The notes under the pieces were generated by a model that was not told where the DNA came from, made no database searches, and was given only the letters and a program-made list of their open reading frames with translations. A stretch of DNA of 64,000 nucleotides from Chiloscyllium plagiosum (Eukaryota): NCBI RefSeq assembly GCF_004010195.1, contig NC_057737.1, positions 1,582,779-1,646,778 on the forward strand, read 5' to 3'. Of this stretch, positions 53,282 through 64,000 are shown one piece after another (within the stretch, counting starts at the first letter, position 1; the number at the start of each line of letters is the position of its first letter). Both the position numbers and the translations under genes were made by a program.

Positions 53282-54318
53282 CATAGAGTCATAGAGATGT
53301 ACAGCATGGAAACAGACCCTTCTGTCCAACCCGTCCATGCCTCCCACCTGCCAGCACCCGACCCATATCCGTTCAAACCCTTCCTATTCATAGACCCATC
53401 CAAATGCCTTTTAAATGTTGCAATTGTACCAGCCTCCACCACATCCTCTAGCAGCTCATTCCATACACATACCACCCTCTGCCTGAAAAAGTTGCCCCTT
53501 AAGTCTCTTTTATATCTTTCCCCTCTCACCCTAAACCTATGCCCTCTAGTTCTGGATTCCCCAACCCCAGGGAAAAGACTGCCTATTTATCCTATCCATG
53601 CCCCTCATAATTTTGTAAACCTGTATAAGGTCACCCCTCAGCCTCCGACGCTCCAGGGAAAACAGCCCCAGCCTGTTCAGCCTCTCCCTGTAGCTCAAAT
53701 CCTCCAACCCTGGCAACATCCTTGTAAATCTTTTCTGAACCCTTTCAAGTTTCACAACATCTTTCCGATAGGAATGAGACCAGAATTGCATGCAATATTC
53801 CAACAGTGGCCTAACCAATGTCCTGTACAGGTGCAACATGACCTCCCAACTCCTGTACTCAATACACTGACCAATAAAGGAAAGCATACCAAATGCCTTC
53901 TTCACTATCCTATCTACCTGCGACTCCACTTTCAAGGAGCTATGATCCTGCACTCCAAGGTCTCTTTGTTCAGCAACACTCCCTAGGACCTTACCATTAA
54001 GTGTAGAAGTCCTGCTAAGATTTGCGTTCCCAAAATGCAGCACCTCGCATTTATCTGAATTAAACTCCATCTGCCACTTCTCAGCCCATTGGCCCATCTG
54101 GTCCAGATCCTGTTGTAATCTGAGGTAACCCTCTTCGCTGTCCACTACACCTCCAATTTTGCTGTCATCTGCAAACTTACTAACGGTACCTCTTATGCTC
54201 GCATCCAAACCATTAATGTAAATGACAAAAAGTAATGGACCCAGCAGTGATTGTTGTGGCACTCCACTGGTCACAGGCCTCCAGTCTGAAAAACAACCCT
54301 CCACCACCACCCTCTGTC
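53282..54318 (-). mobile_element. 5'-truncated CR1 LINE
   Basis: 254-aa ORF 53546-54310 (GVPQQSLLGPLLF, KFADDSK, LEYCMQFW) and a (CTCTATGA)n tail. Confidence 0.93.
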
Positions 54319-54441
54319 CAAGCAGTAGGGAATGTCAATGTTGACTTTCCTGCTCCTCGAATGCTGTGCTCTTCCAGTTTCATATCCATGGACTCCTAGT
54401 TCCAGCATCTACAGTAATCCTTAAAGTCTCCGAGTCTATGA

Positions 54442-54730
54442 CTGCAGTCAGGTCCCGCCCTTCCCTGCGCTCAGCCCCGCCCTGCAGTCAGGCCCCGCCC
54501 TTCCCTGCGCTCAGCCCCGCCCCGGCCGTAGCCACGCCCCTTCCCTGTGCTCAGACACGCCCCGCCCTGCAGTCAGGCCCCGCCCTTCCCTGCGCTCAGA
54601 CACGCCCCGCCCTGCAGTCAGGCCCCGCCCTTCCCTGCGCTCAGCCCCGCCCTGCAGTCAGGTCCCGCCCTTCCCTGCGCTCAGCCCCGCCCTGCAGTCA
54701 GGCCCCGCCCCTCTCCGGCCCCGCCCCCTC
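54442..54730 (+). promoter_or_regulatory. GC-box minisatellite forming the SHPK proximal promoter
   Basis: ~40-47 bp unit CTGCAGTCAGGCCCCGCCCTTCCCTGCGCTCAGCCCCGCC, about 6-7 copies with two Sp/KLF sites per unit, immediately 5' of a splice donor. Confidence 0.75.
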
Positions 54731-54744
54731 CGGATAACTGCCCC

Positions 54745-54781
54745 CTTCCTGTCAGAGTCTGTTGGTTTAGAAGCGCGTCAG
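54745..54781 (+). other. SHPK: Probable non-coding first exon of SHPK
   Basis: Donor CAG|GTAATG at 54782, with an alternative GCG|GTAAGA at ~54973. The ATG exon at 57165 has an acceptor, so a 5' exon is required. Confidence 0.55.
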
Positions 54782-55119
54782 GTAATGGCTTTCCCGACCG
54801 TTTTCCCACATTCAAATTCCTGTCACTTTGGTTCTTTCCCACGAGTCAATCGCCCTCTGTTGATCTTCCAGCCGCTTGTTTCTCAATCAGTCATCCACAC
54901 ATTTTTCAAAGTGAATTCCGGCCTGCGGCCGCGGCGGGTTTTGCTGTTGGCGGGGTGGCCTGTCCATCAGCGGTAAGACCCGCCCACCCCCGAATGGTCC
55001 AACCAGAAGCTCAGGGCCATCATGACCTCTCTCCATGGAAACCCTCACCATGGCAACACCTCATCATGGTGACCCCTCTCCATGGCAATTTTCTACTAAT
55101 CACCATCCATGGAAATCTT

Positions 55120-55365
55120 AGAATCCCTACAGTCCAGAAGCAGGCCACTCAGCCCATTGAATCTGCACTGACCCTCCAAAGACCATTCCACCCAAACCCA
55201 GCCACTATCCGTTGACTATCCCGGCCAATCCACTGAACCTGCACATCGTTGGGCTGTGGGAGGAAACTGCAACACTGGATGAAACCCATGCCAACACAGA
55301 GAGAATGTGCTGCCACGCAGTCAACTGATGATGAAATCAAACTTGGGTCCCTGGCACTGTGAGGT
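55120..55365 (-). mobile_element. Diverged HE1/V-SINE-type SINE
   Basis: Degenerate V-core and tail on the reverse strand. Confidence 0.65.
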
Positions 55366-55935
55366 GCCCTGGTGAGACCACAGCTGGAGTACTGTGTGCA
55401 GTTGTGGTCTCCAAATTTGAGGAAAGACATTCTGGCTATTGAGGGAGTGCTGCGTAGGTTCACGAGGTCAATTCCTGGAATGGCGGGATTACCTTACACT
55501 GAAAGACTGGAACGACTGGGCTTGTATACCCTTGAGTTTAGAAGACTGAGGGGATCTGATTGAGACTTATAAGATTATGAAAGGATTGGACACTCTGGAG
55601 GCAGGAAACGTGTTTCCGCTGATGGGTGAGTGCCGAACCAGAGGACACAGCTTAAAAATACGGGGTAGACCATTTAGGACAGAGATGAGGAGAAACGTCT
55701 TCACCCAGAGAGTGGTGACTGTGTGGAATGCTCTGCCCCAGAGGGCAGTGGAGGCCCAGACTCTGGATTCATTTAAGAAAGAGTTGGATAGAGCTCTCAA
55801 GGATAGTGGAATCAAGGATTATGGAGATAAAGCAGGAACAGGATACTGATTAAGGATGATCAGCCATGATCATATTGAATGGTGGTGCAGGCTCGAAGGG
55901 CAGAATGGCCTACTCCTGCACCTATTATCTATTGT
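55366..55935 (+). mobile_element. CR1-type LINE 3' end
   Basis: VRPQLEYCVQLWSP...RTRGHSLKIRG...FTQRVVTVWNALPQ. Confidence 0.9.
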
Positions 55936-56519
55936 AGCAGTACTAATTACTGACCTGCCATCCTACCCCCTTAACAGTACATTTGACAGTCTGCTAATGT
56001 ACTGTGCCTTAAATTGGTATTCCTGCAAACTAACCTGATGAATGAGCATCATCATTTTTTAATCAAAATACTCATGAAAAGCTTTCATTAGATCCCCTTT
56101 GTTCTTTTCTTGGTTAGTTTAGTTCTGAACAAGCATTCACTGGACTGGAAACATTAACTCTGTTTTTCTCTCCAGCAGGTACTGCCACACCTGCTGAATT
56201 TCCCAGCAATTTCTGTTTTTGTTTATTTTAAGCCTGTGGCCTCTGGTTACTGACCCCCATGCAAAGTGAGAATTTCCTATCATTTGTACCATTTAAATTC
56301 GTCATGGCTCAAACCTATTAATCCTCTCAACTCAAACAAAAAAACTGGTATTGCATTCATTTAAGTATATCACTACACTACTTTAAAGGCATTCTCTTTA
56401 AAGCATTCTGCCCAAAATTGAGCACAATACTCCAGTTTGGAGATCAACAAATAATTAACAAAGATTGTATATTTGTAAACATGTATTTTAGGGGATTCTG
56501 GTATGCTTATTTCTATGAA

Positions 56520-56683
56520 GTTAAAAATCACACAACACCAGGTTATAGTCCAACAGGTTTATTTGAAAATACAAGCTTTTGGAATGTTCTTTTTTGTCAG
56601 GAACCTGACAAAGAAGCAGCACTCTGAAAGCTTGTATTTTCAAACAAACCTGTTGGACTATAACCTGGTGTGTGATTTTCAAC
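56520..56683. mobile_element. 164-bp palindromic mini-PLE (same family as 18625-20258)
   Basis: Arms GTTAAAAATCACACAACACCAGGTTATAGTCCAACAGG... and its reverse complement, with the centre GTCAGG-AA-CCTGAC at the degenerate hammerhead 5' ends. The degenerate TSD is TTATTTCTATGAA / TTGTTTCCGTGAA. Confidence 0.8.
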
Positions 56684-57170
56684 GTTGTTTCCGTGAAATA
56701 TGTATCTAGTTAAGGTACACATCTTTGCCTTCAAATTTTACAATGCTAAACCACTTCACAATTATAGAAAATACACCTGTAATTTCAATGCGGACATCTC
56801 ACTCTCCTTTTTAAATGCCTTCATGATTTCTCTGTAGCCTCCTTGATTCCTACCACCTTCTGTGATCAGAGTGACACTGTAATTCACATCTCTTGTATTC
56901 CTGATCTTAATCCAGCATTGGTAATGCTGCCTGGCTCCATGGCTCTGAAATTTCCTGCTCAACCTTGTCTCCTTTCTCCTTTAATTTTCACATTTAAAAC
57001 CTCCCTCTTTGACCAAGCTCGGTTTTTTTTTAACCAGTATCTCCATAGCGGCTTAGTGCCAAAATTTGTTTGAATATCCTTCTGTGAAGCAACTAGGGAG
57101 ATTTTATGACATTAAAGGCACTATATAATTAAACAATGTAAGTTTTTTTTGTGTGTTTTCACAGAGGAAA

Positions 57171-57323
57171 ATGAGTTTGCAAGCTCCTTCCCGGTATGTT
57201 TTGGGTCTGGATATTGGTACAAGCTCGGTAAAGGCAGTGTTGTTGGAGGCTGAGAGCCGGGCAGTGGTTGACAGCCAGACAAAGAAAACTAAAGCAGACA
57301 CCAGCAGCCTGGATGGAGAGAAG
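57171..57323 (+). CDS. SHPK: Sedoheptulokinase, first coding exon
   Basis: MSLQAPSRYVLGLDIGTSSVKAVLL... carries the FGGY kinase N-terminal ATP-binding motif. Acceptor before 57165; donor AAG|GTAAAG. Confidence 0.92.
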
Positions 57324-57379
57324 GTAAAGGGAATAAAGTATCAGAAAATCATAGGTGGCTTTGGTTTCAGAGTCGGTCA

Positions 57380-58205
57380 TATAGCATGGAAACAGGCCCT
57401 TCAGCCCAAGCCATCCATGCTGATCAGGCTTCCTAAACTAATCTAGTCCCATTTACCTGCATTTACCCCTCCAAACCTTTTAAGAAGATATTTAGCATGC
57501 TTGCCTTCATTGCTCAGAGTATTGAGTATAGGAGTTGGGACATCATATTGAGGTGAGGCCACTTTTGGAGTACTGTGTACAGTTCTTGTCGCTCAACTAC
57601 AGGATAGATATTATTAAATTGGAGAGGGTTCAGAAAAGATTTACAAGGATATCATCCAGACTGGATGGAGTGGAAAAGTCAAGAGGGATATGGGCCAAAC
57701 ATAGGAAAGTGGGACTGGTTTATTTTTGGAAACTTGGTTGGCATGGACAAGTTGGACCGAAGGGTCTGTTTCCATGCTGTATGACTCTATCCATATACCT
57801 GTCCGAATGTCTTTTAAATGTTGTAGTTGTACCCACTCCTACCACTTCCTCTGGCAGCTTGTTCTATGTACGCACAAAACCTCTGTGTGAAATGTTACTC
57901 CTCAGGTCCCCTTTAAATCTTTCCCATATCACCTTAAACATATGCCCTCTGGTTTTGAACTCCTCTACCTGAGGAGAAGACTTTATCTATTCACCTTGTC
58001 TATGATCCTCATGATTTTACAATCTCTATAAGGTCACCCTTCAACCTCCTATGCTCCAGGGAAAACAAAATTCCAGCCTCTCCTTATAACTCAAACCTTT
58101 CAGTCTCCATAACATCCTTGTAAATCTTCCTTGCACCGTTTCCATTTTAATAGTATTCTTCCTCGAGCCAGGTGACCAGAATTGTACACAATACTCTAAA
58201 TGTGT
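57380..58205. mobile_element. Interleaved CR1 fragments in both orientations
   Basis: A plus-strand piece (~57480-57790, LEYCVQF...KLERVQKRFTR) is inserted in a minus-strand CR1 3' end. Confidence 0.8.
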
Positions 58206-58221
58206 CCTTTCCTTTGTACTG

Positions 58222-59890
58222 TAGACAGGCAGGAGGCTGGAAGAACACAGCAAGCCAAGCAGCTTCAGGAGGTGGAGAAGTCGACGTTTTGGGTGTAACC
58301 CTTCTTCAGGACTGGGGGTGGGTGTAGGGAAAGCTGCAGATAAAGGGGGTGGCGGGACCAGGTTAGTGAAGTGGGGATAGGTGAATACAGGTAGAGGGTA
58401 CGACCTGGTTGGTCAGTGAGAGGTATGAATCTGGTTGATGGCGGGGAGGAGTGGAAGGGAGGGACAGGAGCTGGGAAGGGGGGATTATTTGAAATTGGAG
58501 AACTCAATGTTAAGTCCTTCAGGCTGTAGATTATGCTGGCAGTGTGATAAAGTTCGTTGTGGTAATGGAGGAGGCCAAGGAGGTCATGTTGGAAAGGGAA
58601 TGGGAAGGGGAATTAAAATGGGCGGTGACTGGGAGATCCGGTTGGCCCCTGTGGGCCCGGCTGAGATGCTCGGAGAACCGTTCCCTAAGTTTATGTTCGG
58701 TCTCCCCAGTATAGAGAAGACCACAACGGGAGCACCTGATGCAGTAAAGTAGGGTGGAGGAGAGGCAGGTGAACCTCTGTCTCACCTGGAAGGACTGTTT
58801 GGGGTCCTGGATGGAAGTGAGGGGGGTGGTGTACCGGCAGGATTTGCATCTTTTCCAGTTGCAGGGGAAGGTACCTGGGGGTTCGGGGGTGGGGGTGAGG
58901 GTCAGTGGGGAGAGTAGCACAAACCAAGGACTGTCGAAAGGAACAGTCCTTGCGGGAGGCAGAGAGGGGTGGGGAGGGGAAGATGTTATTGGTGGGGTCT
59001 GGTTGGAGTTGGCAGAATGGTTAAGAATCCAGCACATCATCCTTAAACACTTCCGTCAACTCCAACCAGACCCCACCACCAAGAACATCTTCCCCTCCCC
59101 ACCCCTCTCTGCATCCCGCAAGGACCGTCCCCTTTGACCGTCCTTGGTTTGTGCTACTCTCCCCACTGACCCCCACCCCCACCCCCGAACCCCCAGGTAC
59201 CTTCCCCTGCAACTGGAAAAGATGCAAAACCTGCCGGTACACCACCCCCTCATCTCCATCCACGGCCCAACACAGGTCTTCCAGGTGAGGCAGAGGTTCA
59301 CCTGCCTCTCCTCCACCCTACTTTACTGCATCAGGTGCTCCCGATGTGGTCTTCTCTATACTGGGGAGACCGAACATAAACTTAGGGAACGGTTCTCCGA
59401 GCATCTCAGCCGGGCCCACAGGGGCCAACCGGACCTCCCAGTCACCGCCCATTTTAATTCCCCTTTCCACTCCCTTTCCCACATGACCATCCTTGGCCTC
59501 TTCCATTACCACAATGTACCAAACCACAAATTGGAGGAACAACACCTCACCTTCCAGCTGGGCAGCCTGCAGCCCAGAGATGTCCAATTTCAAAGAACCT
59601 CCCTTCCCACTGACCGACTCCCTTCCCAGCCCCTCCCCCCTCCCTCCTGCCACCAACCCGATTCATTCCTCCCATTGTCCAACCAGGTCGTACCCTCTAT
59701 TAGTCTTCACCTGTCCCCACTTCACCATCCTGCCCATGCCATCCCCTTTAACTGCAGCTCCCCCTACACCCACCCCCTGTCTTGGAGAAAGGTTACACCC
59801 AATACGCGATGCTGCCTGGCTTGCTTTGTTCCTCTAGCCTCCTGCCTGTCTACTTTGGATTCTAGCATCTGCGGGGTTTTTTGTCTCTTA
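58222..59890. mobile_element. Large fold-back Penelope-like insertion in an SHPK intron
   Basis: Arms ~58222-59020 (-) and ~59030-59890 (+) both encode the GIY-YIG region (CNWKRCK.C; LLYCIRCSRCGLLYTGETEHKLRERFSEH). Flanks are CCTTTGTACTG / CCTTTGCACTG. A hammerhead-like core is at 58283-58309 (-). Confidence 0.9.
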
Positions 59891-60505
59891 CCTTTGCACT
59901 GGCTGACTCATTAAATTGCATGTTCAAGGCCATTTGTCCTAATAAAGAAAACTCTTGCCTTCCTAGAATGATTTCACAACATCCCAAAGTGGCTTTCAGC
60001 CAAGGACAATGAAATACGTTTGAAGTGTTGTGATTGTTGTCTGCAAGAAACACAGCTGCCTACTTGCACACAGCAATGTCTCTCACAACACAAGGCAATC
60101 ATGACTAGTTCATCTGTTTTTGTGGTGGTGACAGTGTGATAACTATTGTCCAGGACATCAGGAGAATGCCCCTGTTGTTCTTTGAAGTCATTCCAGGGCA
60201 TCTTTTGCTTGGAAATGGAAGCCTGGTTTAACATTTGCCACAAATAATGGCATCTCAGCAGTGAAGCCCTCCTTCAGCTCTGCACCTAGATTTTTGTGCC
60301 TGAATCTTTTGCAAGAACCCTAGCTCTACAGGTCAATTTATTTAACTTAAGGTAATGTGCCAAAGAAAGAGGGGAAGTGATGGAAGATTTTACTCAGCGA
60401 TTATGATGTAGAATGTTTGGAAGGTGACAGTAGCAAATTCATTAGTAACTTTCTGAAGAGAATTAGATAAATAGGAACAGGTGTAGGCCAATAAGCCCCT
60501 TGAGT

Positions 60506-61189
60506 TGACAGTGTGGTGATGGAAAAGCACAACAGGTCAGATGGCATCTGAGGAGCAGGAGAATCAAAGTTTCAGGCATAAGCCCTTCATCAGGATTGAG
60601 GCTTATGGGCTGGGGAGCTGAGAGATAACTGGGAAGGGGGTGGGGTTGGGGGTAAGGTAGCTGCGAAGGAGATAGGTAGGTGAAGGCGAGGGAGAAGGTG
60701 ATAGGTCAGAGAGGAAGGTGGAGCGGATAGATGGGAAAGTTGATGGACAGACCAGGAGGGCAGTGCCAAGTTCAAGGCTTGGGGCTGGGACAATGTGGGG
60801 TGAGGGAAGGGAAATGAGGAAACTGTTGTAATCCACATTTATCCCATGTGGTTGCAGTTCCCATATTATCCCAGTCCCAAGCCTTGAACTCAGCACTGCC
60901 CTCCTAACCTGTCCATCACCTTTCCCATCTAGGCCCTCCACCCCTCTACCGACCTATCACCTTCTCCCTCACCTTCATCTACCTATCGTTTTCTCAGCTA
61001 CCTTACCCCCAACCCCACTCCCCCTCACATTTATTTCTCAGCCCCCTGGCCCACAAGCCTCATTCCTGATGAAGGGCTTATGCCTGAAACGTTGTTTCTC
61101 CTGATCCTTGGTTGCTGCCTGACCTGCTGCGCTTTTCCAGCACCACACTCTCGACTCTGATCTCCAGCACCTGCAGTTCTCACTTTCTC
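60506..61189. mobile_element. Fold-back Penelope-like insertion in an SHPK intron
   Basis: Arms ~60510-60795 and ~60870-61150 are reverse complements. Hammerhead cores are at 60566-60593 (-) and 61066-61093 (+). The 18-bp TSD (2 mismatches) is CCAATAAGCCCCTTGAGT / CCAATCAGCCCTTTGAGT. Confidence 0.85.
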
Positions 61190-62309
61190 CCAATCAGCCC
61201 TTTGAGTCTCTTCCACCATTCAGTAATATCATGGCTGATCTGTGGTCTGACCCCATATGACATGCTTGGGCCCGTCACCCTTGATACCCTCACTTAATAA
61301 AAAATTGTCTATCTCAGAAAGAAAATCTACATGAAAAGAAAATACTTTCAGGAATGTGAGGAAAGAAGATGGACACCGAGAAGATAATTGAACAGTTTTT
61401 CCATGATCTAGAAAAGGCCCAATGAATAAAATTGTCTCGTTCTGTACCATAAACTCTGTAATTTTATGAAGTGGAATTAATTGCTAATTCAAATTAGAGA
61501 AGAAAAAGCAAGAAGGATCTCCTGTGTTATTATGTAGATGATGGGTACAAATAAGGTTACTTGGTTTTGAATCAACAGAAATCTGCATGTACCTGTATTC
61601 AGTTACTATCACATTGTTTTCCCTGTTAGTGTTGCAATTTGGACTTTTGTAAAGTGTAACCATGGAAATAAAGTCCTCGCATTGCACCATGTTTACTTTG
61701 AAGAAATCCAGCCAGGACCTCCCGCAAAGCCTGACAATACAGCCAAAGAAAACCAGAGAATATGCTGATTCCAGGAGGCTTTCCTTCACATCCTCCATCA
61801 CAGTTAGAGAAAATAAGGAAGAGAATCCCTCTTGTCTTTCCGGGGCATCTCCCCCTTCCCAAAAACTACTCGAATTTCTCCCACCAAACATGAAGGCCAT
61901 GCCCAGCGAGCATCTACTCAGTTGTACCTAGGAGTACAGTGGCCTGTCATTGCTGCTGGTAGTGATCTGAGCGATTTAATCAACACATTAAGAGGATTGG
62001 GGACACAGGGCTATAGAGGTAATGTTGCTGCACTAGTAGTCCTCTGGAACACAGGTTCAAATGGTGAAATTAAAACTCAATCTGGAATTGAAAGCTTGTC
62101 TCAGTAATGGCCAACATGAAGCTATCATTGGTTGTTGTAAAAGCCATTCTGATTTGCTAATGTCCTTTAGGGAAAAATCTGCCATCCTTACCTGTACTGG
62201 CCTACATGTGACTCCTGACGCATGGCCATATGGTTGACTCTAATCTGCCTGCTGATATGAAATGGCCCAGCACCTCCCAAGTAGTTTGTCTCCTTGGTTT
62301 TTATTTCAG

Positions 62310-62451
62310 TGTCGGGAACAGGATGTTGCTCGGATTGTGTCAGCCGTTAACAGCTGTGTTTCTGCTCTGCCCAGAGAACATCTCTGCAAGGTGATGAGAA
62401 TTGGAGTCTCCGGACAGATGCATGGTGTTGTATTGTGGAAAAGTGAGGAAG
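62310..62451 (+). CDS. SHPK: Sedoheptulokinase, second coding exon
   Basis: TTTCAG|...G|GTAAGT, 142 nt. CREQDVARIVSAVNSC...IGVSGQMHGVVLWKSEE contains the FGGY 'SGQMHG' motif. Confidence 0.95.
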
Positions 62452-63744
62452 GTAAGTGGGGGAAAGACAGCAGGGGTGGAAATCAGCTTGCTCCTTTTTA
62501 CTCACTGAGGTCTGGCACAGACACAGGACCCAGCACTGTGTGAGGGAGAGCAGGAATTTCAGACTGCAGTTCATTCTGCATGCAAGTTTGGGAATATGGT
62601 TTGAACCATCTCCATGGTGAGATCCCAGAGATCTCCTCCTAGGTTCCCAATTTGACAGTTGTTAGTCTTCAGCCAGTTTGATTCATGCCACTGGATATCA
62701 AGCAATAGCTGAAGGCACTGGATGCTGCAGAGACTAAAGGCACCGATCACTGGTGATCATAACATTTGATAGCTTCTGGAATGGTTCCTGCAGATTCTCA
62801 CCCCATTATATAATAAGGGAGCTTGACATCAGAAGTAGGAAAAATGCTAGAATCTATCATAAAAAGGTGTGTTCAATGAACACTTGGATAATAATGATCT
62901 GATTAGGCACAATCAGTTTGGTTCATTCAACAGCACCTTTCAAATCTTGAGGTCTCTATCACCCGCTGAACAAGGGCAGCAAGTGTACAGGAACACCATA
63001 GTAGCTAATAAAACACATCAAGCTCCCACAGACAGTATTGACTGGAACCTCAGTCTTTTAGATGCTAGTTGAGATACATGTTGACCACGACACTGGATAA
63101 AGTGCCTTACTCTTTTTTAAATTGTGTCAAAGGATCCCTTATAGCCACCTGAGGAGCAGACAGGGTTTCAGTTTAATGTCTTGAACAAAAGACAGTGCCT
63201 TTGATAGTACAGCTCTCCTTCAGTACTGTGCTAAAGACCCAGGCAGCTTTGTGTTACAGTCGAAAAGTTCTGTGAATTACGGAGAATCAGCTACAGCCTG
63301 GAAAATGTCACATCCTCCACCATCAGTTCCAAAAGAGTGGGGTGACATTACTGCTGTTGCTGTCTCTTGGTATTTTTCTCAATCACTGATACCTCGCAGC
63401 TTTTGATGATCCCAGCGTTTTGATTTTGATAATGCATCGAATCAAGGCTAACAGCAAGAGAAAACACTCAACGTTTGGCAAATAGGGTTTTGCATTTAAA
63501 CTGAACCCATTTTGCCTTTCATTTTGAAAACTCTAATTGAGCTAAAAGCCGAGGGAACAAAGTCAGGGAAGGAACCAATTTCACCCCCTTACTAAGTAAG
63601 GTCATGAGTGTGTTGTGGACAAGCTGGAACAGCCGCAATTAATTATAAAATATTGATGGGAAATGAGATCAGGAGCAGTGGGACGTTGCGCATCTGGTTC
63701 ACCTTGAGAGACACAGATTCAATGCCTTTTCTCCTCTGCTTTAG

Positions 63745-63928
63745 GTTGTATTTGGCAGGGAGGTGAAAAAGGTTTCACATTCCAGCCCAAGAAGACTAGT
63801 CACCTGATCACATGGCAAGATGGTCGCTGTAGCCGTGAGTTTCTCGATTCACTCACCCGGCCTGATTCCCATCTCAGCCTTGCCACCGGCTTTGGCTGTG
63901 CCACCATTTTCTGGTACATGAGAAACAG
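63745..63928 (+). CDS. SHPK: Sedoheptulokinase, third coding exon (gene continues beyond the window)
   Basis: TTAG|...AG|GT, 184 nt, phase-compatible. SHLITWQDGRCSREFLDSL...SLATGFGCATIFWY. Confidence 0.95.
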
Positions 63929-64000
63929 GTAGATGCCTCCAAACTTCTTCACAAGCATCTCCGCAGGCAACAATGTTTCAGCAGCAGTTGTAAAGTTGAA

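Noticed and set aside
53066-53986. 306-aa plus-strand ORF
   Set aside because: It is an antisense read-through of a CR1 and a PLE pLTR, with no independent gene signal.
56520-56683. MITE/DNA transposon or pre-miRNA interpretation of the small palindromes (also 37342-37543)
   Set aside because: The arms are PLE pLTR sequence shared with RT- and GIY-YIG-bearing copies. I recognised no known mature miRNA.
58531-59914. GIY-YIG/Cys-rich ORFs as a host nuclease gene or homing endonuclease
   Set aside because: They are frameshifted PLE endonuclease domains within a TSD-flanked fold-back insertion.
61484-62107. ORFs in the SHPK intron as an extra gene or exon
   Set aside because: There is no recognisable domain, and the flanking SHPK exons already join in frame.

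Overview
This is vertebrate nuclear DNA, most likely from a cartilaginous fish (shark), inferred from the HE1/V-SINE-type SINEs and the CR1 and Penelope-like repeat content. It has three assembly gaps: 12503-13357, 25980-26771 and 34693-35192. Genes supported by the sequence are: a CpG-island promoter with a probable first exon of an unidentified minus-strand gene (~1750-2480); the last six coding exons of BLTP2/KIAA0100 (+, 35677-44466); EMC6 (-, single coding exon 48061-48393, non-coding first exon ~51776-51830); and the first three coding exons of SHPK (+, 57171-63928), head-to-head with EMC6. Most of the remainder is nested retroelements (CR1, Rex1/Babar-like, Penelope-like elements [PLE], tRNA-derived SINEs) and minisatellites. 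The most striking signal is a set of more than a dozen minimal type I hammerhead-ribozyme cores in PLE pseudo-LTRs from several families. They occur as TSD-flanked fold-back insertions and as 84-123 bp solo insertions whose 5' boundary falls on the ribozyme CUGA. Also notable are a duplicated intron-containing tRNA-Arg(TCT) pseudogene inside a nested CR1 cluster, a 77-bp tandem array of CTCF-consensus motifs in EMC6 intron 1, and the absence of any upstream BLTP2 exons across an exactly 500-N gap. Gene and repeat-family names come from recalled homology, not from database searches. Repeat boundaries were read by eye and are approximate.
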